In this document: positions 22,021-31,255 of the stretch, piece after piece
Layout of the letters: the number at the start of each line of letters is the position of its first letter
How positions within the stretch are numbered: the stretch's first letter is position 1
Assembly (NCBI GenBank): GCA_963777315.1
Contig: CAVZQC010000004.1
Location: 384,001 to 448,000, forward strand
DNA: 64,000 nt
Direction of reading: 5' to 3'
Source of the DNA: Vulcanimicrobiota bacterium
GTDB taxonomy: Bacteria; Vulcanimicrobiota; Vulcanimicrobiia; Vulcanimicrobiales; Vulcanimicrobiaceae
Translations under genes and position numbers: made by a program
Notes under the pieces: model-generated
Database searches by the model: none
Told to the model about the DNA's origin: nothing
The model's input: only the letters and a program-made list of their open reading frames with translations

Positions 22021-23292
22021 CTAGTGCCGGATGCGATAGATGCTTCCTGTTTGGTCGTCAGCCACGAAAACGTCGCCGAGCGGCCCGACCGCAACGCCGG
22101 ACGGACGGCCGATTCGCGTGCCGTTCGGACGCTGAAATCCGGTGATGAAATCGCTCCATTGCCTTGTCGGATCGGACCAGTTCACAGCGCTGACCGGTGC
22201 ATCGCCGGACATGGGAACGTACGCGACGCGCGGCGGAGCGATGGGGACGCCCGCGCCGCCGGTATGCCACGACCCGTGCATGCTCACGAAGGCGCCGCCG
22301 AGATAGTGCTGAGGGAATGCGTACGGCGCGCCCGACGAACCGGGATAGAACGCCGCGCCGACGATCGTTTGATATGCGGGAAACACCACGAGCGGTACGA
22401 CTACGCCCGTGCAATCGGCGCCCGGCGTATAGGCCACGCGGTTTTCTTCGCACTCGGGCCATCCGTAATTCGCCGTGCCGGCATGCAGCGTGACGGCGTC
22501 GAAGAACTCATAAGGATGTCCGGCCGGCAAATCGTCTTGGCCGGCGTCGCCGGCCCATAAGGTTGCGGTAGCGGGATTGACGGTCAGTGCGATTGCGTTA
22601 CGAATGTGGACGGCTTTTGCATGCATCCCAGCGCCGGTCAATGCCATCTGCTGAATGCTCGCTCGAGTCGGATCGGTTTCCGTGCACGCATTGCACGAGG
22701 AGCCGACGGACGCGTACAGCGTGTCGCCGGAAACTGCAACCGAGGTCGTGCTGTGCCCCGAACCGCCGCCGGAACGAACGGACGCGATCTTGATGGGACC
22801 GGAGCGTGCCGTTCGATCGCCGAACGTATACGCAATCGCATACACGCCGAATTGCGCGCCGATGTAAATGGTGCAGTTCTGCGAGGCAAATGTTACGCCC
22901 GCCGCCGGCGAATCGCCGACGTCGGCAAAAACCTGCGGATACGCGGCTTGGCCTTCCGGATTTGCGATCAGATAGACCGAAGACCCCATCGTTCCAACGA
23001 GCAAATCGCCGTTGGACAAAAACGTCAGCTCGCGAGCTCGCGGCACGTTGCCGATGATTTCAATCTGGAATCCGCTTGGTACGCTCAGACCGGTTGCCGG
23101 CTGCGGCGCGGGACCGGCCGGCGTCGCCGCCGGAGCGGGAGTCGTCCTGGCCGCGCATGCCGCGCCGGCGCCGGGCGAGCCGGTCGAAGGCGAGACGGTC
23201 GCGCTGGGCGCGGTAGCCTGCGCGGCTGCACCGCCCGTACCACCGCAAGCGGCGAGCGCGCATGCCGCCGCCGCCAGGAACAGTTGTTTCAC
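22021..23292 (-). CDS. lipoprotein sorbosone dehydrogenase-like protein (paralog of 19604..20767)
   Basis: Lipobox LAAC and Pro/Ala linker; SVGSSCNACTETDPTRA, NYGWPEC and GRPSGVAVGP; GTG overlaps the pfk stop. Confidence 0.83.
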   Translation of the reverse strand: MKQLFLAAAACALAACGGTGGAAAQATAPSATVSPSTGSPGAGAACAARTTPAPAATPAGPAPQPATGLSVPSGFQIEIIGNVPRARELTFLSNGDLLVGTMGSSVYLIANPEGQAAYPQVFADVGDSPAAGVTFASQNCTIYIGAQFGVYAIAYTFGDRTARSGPIKIASVRSGGGSGHSTTSVAVSGDTLYASVGSSCNACTETDPTRASIQQMALTGAGMHAKAVHIRNAIALTVNPATATLWAGDAGQDDLPAGHPYEFFDAVTLHAGTANYGWPECEENRVAYTPGADCTGVVVPLVVFPAYQTIVGAAFYPGSSGAPYAFPQHYLGGAFVSMHGSWHTGGAGVPIAPPRVAYVPMSGDAPVSAVNWSDPTRQWSDFITGFQRPNGTRIGRPSGVAVGPLGDVFVADDQTGSIYRIRH

Positions 23293-24545
23293 ACTCGCAC
23301 GCCTCCGGTCGGAACCGTTTCGAAGCGATCTTTGAATTCGTTTGGGGTCAAGTTCGTATATGCCGCCAAGCGCGACAACGCCGGCTCCCGGAAATCGTCG
23401 GCTTCCAGGCGGGTCATATAGTTGCGTGCGACGCGGTACGATTCGGTCGTAACGTCGACCATCCGCACGCGCACGCGCTTGGTGCTTGGATCCTGCAATT
23501 CTGCCAGCGTCACGGGAACTACGCGGCCTCCCGAAAGCGCGATCAACGCGCCGCTGCCTCCGTCGAGCAGATAGCGAACCGCGCCGTAGCCGAGCGTTCG
23601 CGTATACTCGACGTCGAACGGAACGGGTTTCGCGCAACGCAACTCGTATCCGATGTCTTTCGTCACGATCGTCGCCACGACGCCGATCTCCGCCAGGCGG
23701 CGCCGCACCGCATCGCGCAGTACGGTCCCGATGGGGATGTCGGCAAGGCGAACGTGACCGTACGCATCGCGCGCGGCATTTTCGGACGCGGCGAGCTGTT
23801 CGCGCGAAAGGCGCTCTGCAATGCCTTCGGCTACCACTGCCACGCCGTTGTCGTGATTGTTCGAACGGCGCTTGACGATCGCTCCGACGATCGTATCGAC
23901 GACCGCTTCCAAATCTAGACCCGGACCCGGAAACTCTTCGGGGATCACCGCCAAATCGGCCCCCGCAGCTTTGCACATTCCCAGCGCGAGCGCGCCGGAT
24001 TTACGTCCCATGCTCACGACCAGGTACCAGCGCTCGGTGGTGCGGGCGTCTTCCATCAAGCTCTCGATGATGCCGGTTGCGACGGAGCGAGCCGTTTCAA
24101 AGCCGAACGTCGGCGCGTTGTCCGGAAGAGGCAGATCGTTGTCGATCGTCTTGGGAACCGTCGCGACGCCGATGCGCCCTTGGGTCATTTCCGCGATGCG
24201 TATGGCACCGTACGTCGTATCGTCACCGCCGATCGCGATCAAGTAGCGCACGCCGAGCAGCGTGAGCGCGCGTACGCAATTCAGCAGCGTCGCTTCATCT
24301 TTAGCGGGATTGGTGCGCGAGGTGCGCAGTATGGAACCGCCGCGCGTATGAATGAGCGCCACGTCTTCAACGCTCAGCTCGCGCACGCGCGACGTGTCGC
24401 CCTGCGCGATGTGAAAATATCCGTCGTAGATGCCCAGTACGCGCAGCCCGGTGTTGGCCGCCTCAATCGTAGCCGAGGCTATGACGCCGTTGATGCCGGG
24501 AGCGGGGCCGCCCCCGACCAGAATCGCCAGAGTATCGCCGTTCAT
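23289..24545 (-). CDS. pfp: 6-phosphofructokinase, probably PPi-dependent
   Basis: GGGPAPGIN, GGDDT, PKTIDND, MGR and GYELRCA motifs. Confidence 0.88.
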   Translation of the reverse strand: MNGDTLAILVGGGPAPGINGVIASATIEAANTGLRVLGIYDGYFHIAQGDTSRVRELSVEDVALIHTRGGSILRTSRTNPAKDEATLLNCVRALTLLGVRYLIAIGGDDTTYGAIRIAEMTQGRIGVATVPKTIDNDLPLPDNAPTFGFETARSVATGIIESLMEDARTTERWYLVVSMGRKSGALALGMCKAAGADLAVIPEEFPGPGLDLEAVVDTIVGAIVKRRSNNHDNGVAVVAEGIAERLSREQLAASENAARDAYGHVRLADIPIGTVLRDAVRRRLAEIGVVATIVTKDIGYELRCAKPVPFDVEYTRTLGYGAVRYLLDGGSGALIALSGGRVVPVTLAELQDPSTKRVRVRMVDVTTESYRVARNYMTRLEADDFREPALSRLAAYTNLTPNEFKDRFETVPTGGVRV

Positions 24546-24629
24546 GCACCCGTCATGTACGATGCCGAACTGCGACAACTCTTCAGAGTGCCCGGCGAGC
24601 AACCGCCCCGCCGGGCACTGCCCGAGACT

Positions 24630-25013
24630 CTAGGGTTGTGGAGTTGCCGGGGGCCGGCGATCGCGCATCTGCTGCATGCGCTGCTGCACCTGCGCTTGCT
24701 GCTGCGGCGTCAGCACGTTCATCAGCTGCGTGCGCATCTGCTTGCGCGCTTGCGGATCGGGAGCGCTTCCGCGGGGATGGGCTTGCCGGTATTGCTGCAT
24801 GATCTGCTTCATCTGCGCTTTTTGCTGGTCGCTGAGATTGAGGCCGCGGAACATCCGCATGTAGCCGCCGTGATGGCGGCCGTGGGAAGGCTGCTGCGTC
24901 GCGGCGGGCGCCGGGTCGTTCACCGCGGGAGCCTGCTGGCCGAATGCAGCGGCAGGGAGGAGCAGTGCGGCGGCGGCGGCAGCCGGAATGACATAATGCC
25001 TGAGGATCTTCAC
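24630..25013 (-). CDS. Spy/CpxP family periplasmic chaperone
   Basis: Signal peptide; two LTxxQ-type motifs (LNLSDQQK, VLTPQQ); AAGGAG SD. Confidence 0.85.
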   Translation of the reverse strand: MKILRHYVIPAAAAAALLLPAAAFGQQAPAVNDPAPAATQQPSHGRHHGGYMRMFRGLNLSDQQKAQMKQIMQQYRQAHPRGSAPDPQARKQMRTQLMNVLTPQQQAQVQQRMQQMRDRRPPATPQP

Positions 25014-25106
25014 GTTAGGGAGAACTCCTTGAAATGAGGGGTGCTCCTACTGTAACGTTGCCGTCGTCCAAAACGTCTAAGAAATCGATTAGGGTTCGCG
25101 AAACTC

Positions 25107-26696
25107 TTACGGCGTGATGGCAGCGGCCTTTACCGCGTCGGCCGCGTACGGGGCAAAGTGCTCGAAGTTTGCAGCAAATAAGCCTGCGAGCTTCTTGGCC
25201 TGAGCGTCGTATGCGCCGGCATCGGGCCACATCGCGCGCGGATCCAGCACATCGGCGGGAACGCCCGGAACGTCGAGCGGAACGGACAACCCAAAGAAGG
25301 GTTCCTTGCGAAATGCGGCGCCCGAGAGCGCGCCGCCGATCGCCGCGTCCACCATGGCGCGCGTATGCTCGATCGCCATGCGTTTTCCGACGCCGTAGGG
25401 GCCGCCGCTCCACCCGGTATTGACCAGCCAGCATTGGACGTTGTGTTCGTCGATGCGCTTGCCCAGCAGCTTGGAGTAGACGGTGGGATGGTGCACCATG
25501 AACGGCGCGCCGAAGCAAGTGGAGAACGTGGCTTGGGGTTCGGTAACGCCGCGCTCGGTACCGGCGACCTTGGCGGTGTAGCCCGAGAGAAAATGATACA
25601 TCGCCTGTTCTTTGCTCAGCTTGGCGATAGGAGGCAGTACGCCGAATGCATCGGCAGTGAGCATCACGATCGTCTTTGCATGCCCGCCTTTGCTGCCCGC
25701 GACGATGTTCGGTATGTAGTCTAGCGGGTACGCGGCCCGCGTGTTCTCGGTCTTCGCGTCGCTTTGCAGATCGAGGGTGCGCGTTTGCGGATCGTAAGCG
25801 ACGTTTTCGAGCACCGTGCCGAACCGGTGCGAGGCACTCCAAATTTCGGGTTCGGATTTTTGCGAAAGCCGAATGACCTTCGCGTAACAGCCGCCTTCAA
25901 AATTGAAGATGCCGTTTGCCGACCAGCCGTGCTCGTCGTCGCCGATGAGCGGACGATGCCCGTCGGCCGAGAGCGTCGTTTTACCGGTTCCGGAAAGCCC
26001 GAAAAAGATCGCTACGTCGCCGTTGCTCCCTATGTTCGCCGAACAGTGCATCGGCAACGTGCGGCGCAGTGGCAGCAGATAATTCATGACGGTGAAGACC
26101 GACTTTTTAATTTCGCCGGCGTATTTGGTGCCGCCGATGAGAATGACGCGCTTGGCGAAATTGACTAAAACGAACGTCGACGAATTGGTGCCGTCGCGCA
26201 CCGGATCGGCTTGAAACAGGGCCGCGTCGACCACGGTGAATTCCGGCACGAATCTGCGGACGGAATCCGCCGGAACGATGAAGAGGTTTCTCGCGAACAG
26301 ACTGTGCCAAGCGAATTCGGTGACGATGCGGACCGGCAGCCGGTAGTCTTCGTCGGCTCCGACGTAGCAGTCCAGTGAGTACACTTCCCGCTGCGCCAGA
26401 TACGCGCTCACTCGGTTCCACAGCGCGTCAAAGACCTGCGGCGTTATGGGTCGATTCGTTTCACCCCAATCGACGTGCGACTCACTGGAAGGCTCTTTGA
26501 CGAAGAACTTATCGCGCGGCGAACGGCCGGTGTGCGGGCGCGTGTCGACGACGAGTTGTCCGTCGCTGCCGAGCACGCCCTCTCCGCGTCCGATTGCGTG
26601 CTCGAGCAGCTCGGGGACGGAGAGGTTTTCGTAGACGCGCGCGGCCTCGATTTTTTCGGGTGCGGTAAGTATCGCTGTAGTCTCCGGAATCGGCAA
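25107..26696 (-). CDS. pckA: phosphoenolpyruvate carboxykinase (ATP)
   Basis: TGRSPRDK, YAGEIKK, MHCSAN, GLSGTGKTT, IGDDEHGW and NFEGGCYAK. Confidence 0.97.
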   Translation of the reverse strand: MPIPETTAILTAPEKIEAARVYENLSVPELLEHAIGRGEGVLGSDGQLVVDTRPHTGRSPRDKFFVKEPSSESHVDWGETNRPITPQVFDALWNRVSAYLAQREVYSLDCYVGADEDYRLPVRIVTEFAWHSLFARNLFIVPADSVRRFVPEFTVVDAALFQADPVRDGTNSSTFVLVNFAKRVILIGGTKYAGEIKKSVFTVMNYLLPLRRTLPMHCSANIGSNGDVAIFFGLSGTGKTTLSADGHRPLIGDDEHGWSANGIFNFEGGCYAKVIRLSQKSEPEIWSASHRFGTVLENVAYDPQTRTLDLQSDAKTENTRAAYPLDYIPNIVAGSKGGHAKTIVMLTADAFGVLPPIAKLSKEQAMYHFLSGYTAKVAGTERGVTEPQATFSTCFGAPFMVHHPTVYSKLLGKRIDEHNVQCWLVNTGWSGGPYGVGKRMAIEHTRAMVDAAIGGALSGAAFRKEPFFGLSVPLDVPGVPADVLDPRAMWPDAGAYDAQAKKLAGLFAANFEHFAPYAADAVKAAAITP

Positions 26697-26762
26697 AAGC
26701 GTTGCTTTAGGTAAACCTCCCGCATTGTCATCCCGCCGAAGGGCCGGGACGCCGGGAGTCTA

Positions 26763-27932
26763 ATGTCGTGCCGGATGGGACGTTGCGCGCTTGCTCTTTT
26801 CGGTCTACTGCTGTTTGCCGGAGCGACTTGCGCGGCCGCCATCCCGTTCCGTTTCGGGTTTTACCCGCCCGGCCCGCTCGACGGGATCACCGATGTTGCC
26901 GGCGTGATGGTTGCCAATCTGACCAAAGTCGAAGGCGACGCCATCCGAACCGGCGCGACCGCGATTCTGCCCAATGCGGATCCCTGGGATCGTAAAGTAT
27001 CGGCGGCAGCGTTTGCGTTCAACGGAAACGGCGAGATGACCGGCGTGCAGTGGATCAACGAGTCGGGCTATCTCGAAGAGCCGATCGTGCTGACCGATAC
27101 GCTGGACGTCGGACGCGCCGCCGACGGGGTCGTGAGCTGGCAAATCGCGCAGCATCCCGACATCGGGCGCCGGGACGATGTGCCGCTTCCCGTTGTTGCC
27201 GAATGCGACGACCAATTGCTCAACGACATTCAAGCCCGGGTCGTCGGCGCGAGTGACGTCGTGCGGCTGCTGCAGTCTGCGCGCGCCGGACAGTTCGGAC
27301 GCGGAAGCGTGGGAGCGGGCACGGGGATGAAGGCATTCGGGTTCAAGGCGGGCATTGGTTCGGCATCACGCGTGCTGCCCAAAGCGTTGGGTGGCTACAC
27401 CGTCGGCGTGCTGGTGAACGACAATACCGGCTCAACGCGAGAACAGCTGACGATAGACGGCGTGCACGTCGGCGAGAAGTTGCGCAACGCATACCGCATG
27501 AAATTCCCGCACCGCGTTTCGCTCCACGGCCGAATGGCCTCAGGGAGCATCATCATCGTCATTGCAACCGATGCGCCGTTGGATTCTCGCCAGCTTGGCG
27601 CGGTAGCGCGCCGGGCCGCACTCGGGATGGGGCGCACCGGACTCACCAGCGACGTGGGCAGCGGCGATCTGTTCGTGGCTTTCAGTACCGGCCGCGTGTT
27701 CGCGCACGCCGGCAGCTTCCGCATCCGCGCACCGCACAATGCGGCGCTGGAGGACCAGGACACGCTCGATGCAATCTATCGCGCGACCGCGGAGGCGACC
27801 GAAGGCGCAATTTACGACGCGCTCTTCAACGCCAAAACGATGACGGGCCGCGGCGGCGTTACGGTGTATGGGCTGCCCGTTCCACAAGTGCTGCAGATGC
27901 TCTCCGGAGCGGGCGTGCTGCAGCCGCAATGA
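26763..27932 (+). CDS. secreted P1/DmpA family (S58) peptidase
   Basis: ITDVAGV, NGNGEMTG, GSVGAGTG, GSIIIVIATDAP and GSGD; signal peptide. Confidence 0.9.
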   Translation: MSCRMGRCALALFGLLLFAGATCAAAIPFRFGFYPPGPLDGITDVAGVMVANLTKVEGDAIRTGATAILPNADPWDRKVSAAAFAFNGNGEMTGVQWINESGYLEEPIVLTDTLDVGRAADGVVSWQIAQHPDIGRRDDVPLPVVAECDDQLLNDIQARVVGASDVVRLLQSARAGQFGRGSVGAGTGMKAFGFKAGIGSASRVLPKALGGYTVGVLVNDNTGSTREQLTIDGVHVGEKLRNAYRMKFPHRVSLHGRMASGSIIIVIATDAPLDSRQLGAVARRAALGMGRTGLTSDVGSGDLFVAFSTGRVFAHAGSFRIRAPHNAALEDQDTLDAIYRATAEATEGAIYDALFNAKTMTGRGGVTVYGLPVPQVLQMLSGAGVLQPQ

Positions 27933-28435
27933 GCTTCATCGAAACCCAGCGGCTCGCGCTGCGGAAGTGGGACGTAGAGAGAGACCTGGACGACGCCTTC
28001 GAGATTTACGGCAATAGTGAAACGATGCGATTCATACCCTGCGGAGTTTTGAGCAAAGACCAAACCCGCCGGTGGCTCGAGCGCATGTTCGACAAGGGCG
28101 AAGAATGCGGCTTCGGCATCTGGCCGGTCGTGCACAAGGCCGAACGCAAGGTCATCGGTGAATGCGGCGTCGCCTACATCCCCGAGTACGGTAAGGACGT
28201 CGAGATCGCGTGGATCGTCAATAACTCCTACGTGGGCAACGGTTACGCTACCGAAGCGGCACGCGCCGTCCTGCGGTATGCTTTCGACGATTTGGCATTG
28301 CCGCTGGTGTACGCGCTCGTCGACCGCGAGAACGCGGCTTCGATTCGCGTAGCGAATCATTTGAACATGGGATACGACAGGATCGTGCGCGCCTACCGGC
28401 GCGACCTGATGCGATACTGTAGCCGGGCGGCGTGA
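27929..28435 (+). CDS. GNAT (RimJ/RimL-like) N-acetyltransferase
   Basis: IETQRLALR, GNGYATEAA and NAASIRV. Confidence 0.9.
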   Translation: MSFIETQRLALRKWDVERDLDDAFEIYGNSETMRFIPCGVLSKDQTRRWLERMFDKGEECGFGIWPVVHKAERKVIGECGVAYIPEYGKDVEIAWIVNNSYVGNGYATEAARAVLRYAFDDLALPLVYALVDRENAASIRVANHLNMGYDRIVRAYRRDLMRYCSRAA

Positions 28436-29313
28436 TGCAGCTCGAGTATAGCGTGGTGGACGTCTTCACGCAGGTGCCGTTGCAGGGCAATCCGCTCGCG
28501 GTGTTTCGCGACGCAAGCGGTTTGGACGCGCAAACCATGCAGGCCATCGCGCGAGAGCTCAACCTTTCTGAAACGACGTTCGTGTTTTCGGCGTCGCGCA
28601 GCGATTGTGTCGCCAAGGTTCGCATTTTTACGTCTGCAGCCGAGATGCCGTTCGCGGGGCATCCGACGATCGGCACGGCGTACGTGATGCGCGAATGCGG
28701 GATCGTACCGCGCGACCGCAGGTCATTCAAGCTGGAAGAGAACGTCGGCCCCGTTGCCGTTCGCGTCGACGACGGTGCCGACCCGATGATTTGGCTGAGC
28801 ACCCCGCCGATTTCGCGGGGACGCTCCTTTACGGCCGAGCAGGCGGCGGAGGCGATTGCGCTCGACGCGCACGACCTGCTCGCCGGCGTGCCGTCCGAGA
28901 TCTGGAGCGCGGGCAATCCCAATCTGTACGTCGCCGTGCGCGACAAAGCCGCAGTCGACCGGGCGTGGGTCGATCTCTCCGCGCAGCGCGCGCTTCTGGG
29001 ACAAGAGCAGCTTCCCACGTGCGTGTTCGTCTTCACGCCCACCCAGCAGGGCGCGTATTCGCGCATGTTTTCCCCCGAACACGGCGTGGTCGAGGACCCC
29101 GCCACCGGAAGCGCGACCGGGCCGCTGGCGGCATTCATGATGGAACACGGACTTGCTCCCACAGCGGACGGCACGCAGCTGGTCAGCGAACAAGGCGCCA
29201 AGATGCGCCGAAGGAGCTTGCTGCACGTGCTCGTGCGCGGCGAGAAAGGCCGCGACGGCATCGACGTCGGCGGGCACGTCAGACCGCTGGTTACCGCCGC
29301 AATGCGGTTCTAG
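28435..29313 (+). CDS. PhzF family isomerase
   Basis: VDVF..GNPLAV, NLSETTF, EMPFAGHPTIG and EDPATGSA. Confidence 0.93.
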   Translation: MQLEYSVVDVFTQVPLQGNPLAVFRDASGLDAQTMQAIARELNLSETTFVFSASRSDCVAKVRIFTSAAEMPFAGHPTIGTAYVMRECGIVPRDRRSFKLEENVGPVAVRVDDGADPMIWLSTPPISRGRSFTAEQAAEAIALDAHDLLAGVPSEIWSAGNPNLYVAVRDKAAVDRAWVDLSAQRALLGQEQLPTCVFVFTPTQQGAYSRMFSPEHGVVEDPATGSATGPLAAFMMEHGLAPTADGTQLVSEQGAKMRRRSLLHVLVRGEKGRDGIDVGGHVRPLVTAAMRF

Positions 29314-29342
29314 TGCAGTGCGCCATACGGCGCCGGGTCTGG

Positions 29343-30293
29343 TTACGCGAGCAGTTCCCGCTCCACCATGATACCGCGCGGGTCGATGAGATGCTTGTTC
29401 AGTCCCAGCTTCTCTGCCGGCACGCCCAGCGCGTACGCGACGAGTTGCGGAAGATGAAATATCGGAAGGTCGGTGCGCCCCCAGCGTGAGGCGGCGTCCT
29501 GCTGATATCCGTCCAGGGCTAAATGACAGAGCGGGCACGGCGTAATGACGGCTTCGGCGCCTTTGTCCTTGGCCATGCGCATGTTCTGCCCGACCATCGA
29601 GGCCGCTACGCCTTCCTTTTCGAGCTGAATATGGAAGCCGCAGCAGCGCGTCTTGCCCGCGTAGTCGACCGCTTCACCGCCGAGCGCTTCGACCAAGTCT
29701 TCGAGCGAGTGCGGATTGCGCGCCGATTCCCACCCGTTGACGCTCTCCGGACGGATGATGTGACAGCCGTAGAACGGTGCGACGCGCAGACCGCCCAACG
29801 GGCGCACGACCATTTTGCGCAGCTCGTCCAATCCTAAATCATCGACGAGCATCCACAGCAGGTGGCGCACCATGACGCCGCCGTTGTATTTCGCGCCGAA
29901 TTTGCCGAGCACGGAATTGGCTTGCGCCATGCGCGCTTCGCTGTCGAGCAGTTCCTTGTTGGCCGCGCGCATGTGCCCGGTGCACGTCGAGCAAATCGTA
30001 ATGATGTCGTCCAAGCCGAGCGCTTCGGCCTGCGCGTACGTACGCGCATTGAGCACGCGGGCGATGTCGCGGTTGGTGTCGTTGACGACCGATGCGCCGC
30101 AGCACGATGCAGCCGTCAGTTCGATCAGCTCTATGCCGAGCTTGTCGGCCAGCAGCATCGTCGAGTTGAACAGCTCCTTGCACGATTCTTTGGCGACGCA
30201 CCCGGGGAAGAAGCCGTAGCGCTTGGTTTCGGCGCTGTGCGTGCGTTTGTGCGATTCCGGCGGTTTCTCTTCGGGCAGCAGTGTGGTGCTCAT
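29343..30293 (-). CDS. HdrB-like CCG-domain protein, probable non-transmembrane SDH anchor (SdhE type)
   Basis: FFPGC, SCCGA, CSTC, FYGCH, RCCGF and CPLC form two CCG domains; coupled to sdhB. Confidence 0.88.
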   Translation of the reverse strand: MSTTLLPEEKPPESHKRTHSAETKRYGFFPGCVAKESCKELFNSTMLLADKLGIELIELTAASCCGASVVNDTNRDIARVLNARTYAQAEALGLDDIITICSTCTGHMRAANKELLDSEARMAQANSVLGKFGAKYNGGVMVRHLLWMLVDDLGLDELRKMVVRPLGGLRVAPFYGCHIIRPESVNGWESARNPHSLEDLVEALGGEAVDYAGKTRCCGFHIQLEKEGVAASMVGQNMRMAKDKGAEAVITPCPLCHLALDGYQQDAASRWGRTDLPIFHLPQLVAYALGVPAEKLGLNKHLIDPRGIMVERELLA

Positions 30294-31253
30294 CAGGTAA
30301 CGGGGACCTCCAGGGTTTCAAAAATCGTGCGGACTTCGTCCACTTTGGGAATGGGCTTGACGAACGGCGGCGGCAGCTTGCCCTTGGCGGCCATGCGCAG
30401 GCCCAGCGGAGCCACTTTGAGCAGCCCGCGAATGTTGAAGCGGCCCACGGTGCCTTGGATGACTTCCGTTTCGGCCAGCATGCCGGTTTGCTTGATCGTC
30501 TTATTGACGGTGAGCGCGTGGCGCGGACCGCGCTCGTTCATCATGACGCGATCCTGGATGGTAGCGCGCTTGACGTCGACGATGCGCCAGTGCGGATCCA
30601 CGTGCTTGGGGCAGTACGAGCATGCATAGCAGTGCGCGCACAGCCACAGGTAGTCTTCGTTGATTTGCGCGATGCGTTCCGAACGCTGTCCGTCGCGCAC
30701 GTCCTCGATGAAGCGGTACGCATACGCGATCGCGGCGGGGCCGGCGAACGCGGGATCGACGCTCACTACCGGGCAGAGCGCATAGCAGGTTGCGCACATG
30801 ATGCAGTTCGCGACGTCGACCAGCTTCTTCATGTCCTCGGGGCTGACGCGCCGTTCGCGTTCATGGCTCTCGTCGGAATCGCCGGGCTGCAGGTACGGCT
30901 TTAGGCGCGTATACTTGTCCCAGAACGGATCCATATGCACGACCAGATCGCGCATGGGTTGAAAGTTGGGCATCGGATCGATTTTGATCGCGCCCGAATC
31001 GTCCATGACGGTATTGCAGGGGGTTTTGCAGGCAAGCCCGGTTACGCCGTTGATGTTCATCGAACAGGAACCGCAAATCGCCGAGCGGCACGACCGGCGG
31101 AAGTCTGATGGAGCCGTCGATTTCGGCCTTGGCCGTTTCCAGCGCGTCGAGCACGGTAGTCGTTTCCGGCACGTCGACGGTAACGACGTCGCGGTGGGGA
31201 ACTGCGTCCACGGCTTCGTCGAAGCGGAAGATGTCGAGTTTGACCTGAGTCAT
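30293..31253 (-). CDS. sdhB: succinate dehydrogenase/fumarate reductase Fe-S subunit (apparent frameshift near 31105)
   Basis: FRRSCRSAICGSCSMNING across the frameshift; CIMCATCYALC and CAHCYACSYCPK. Confidence 0.9.
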
Positions 31254-31255
31254 GA

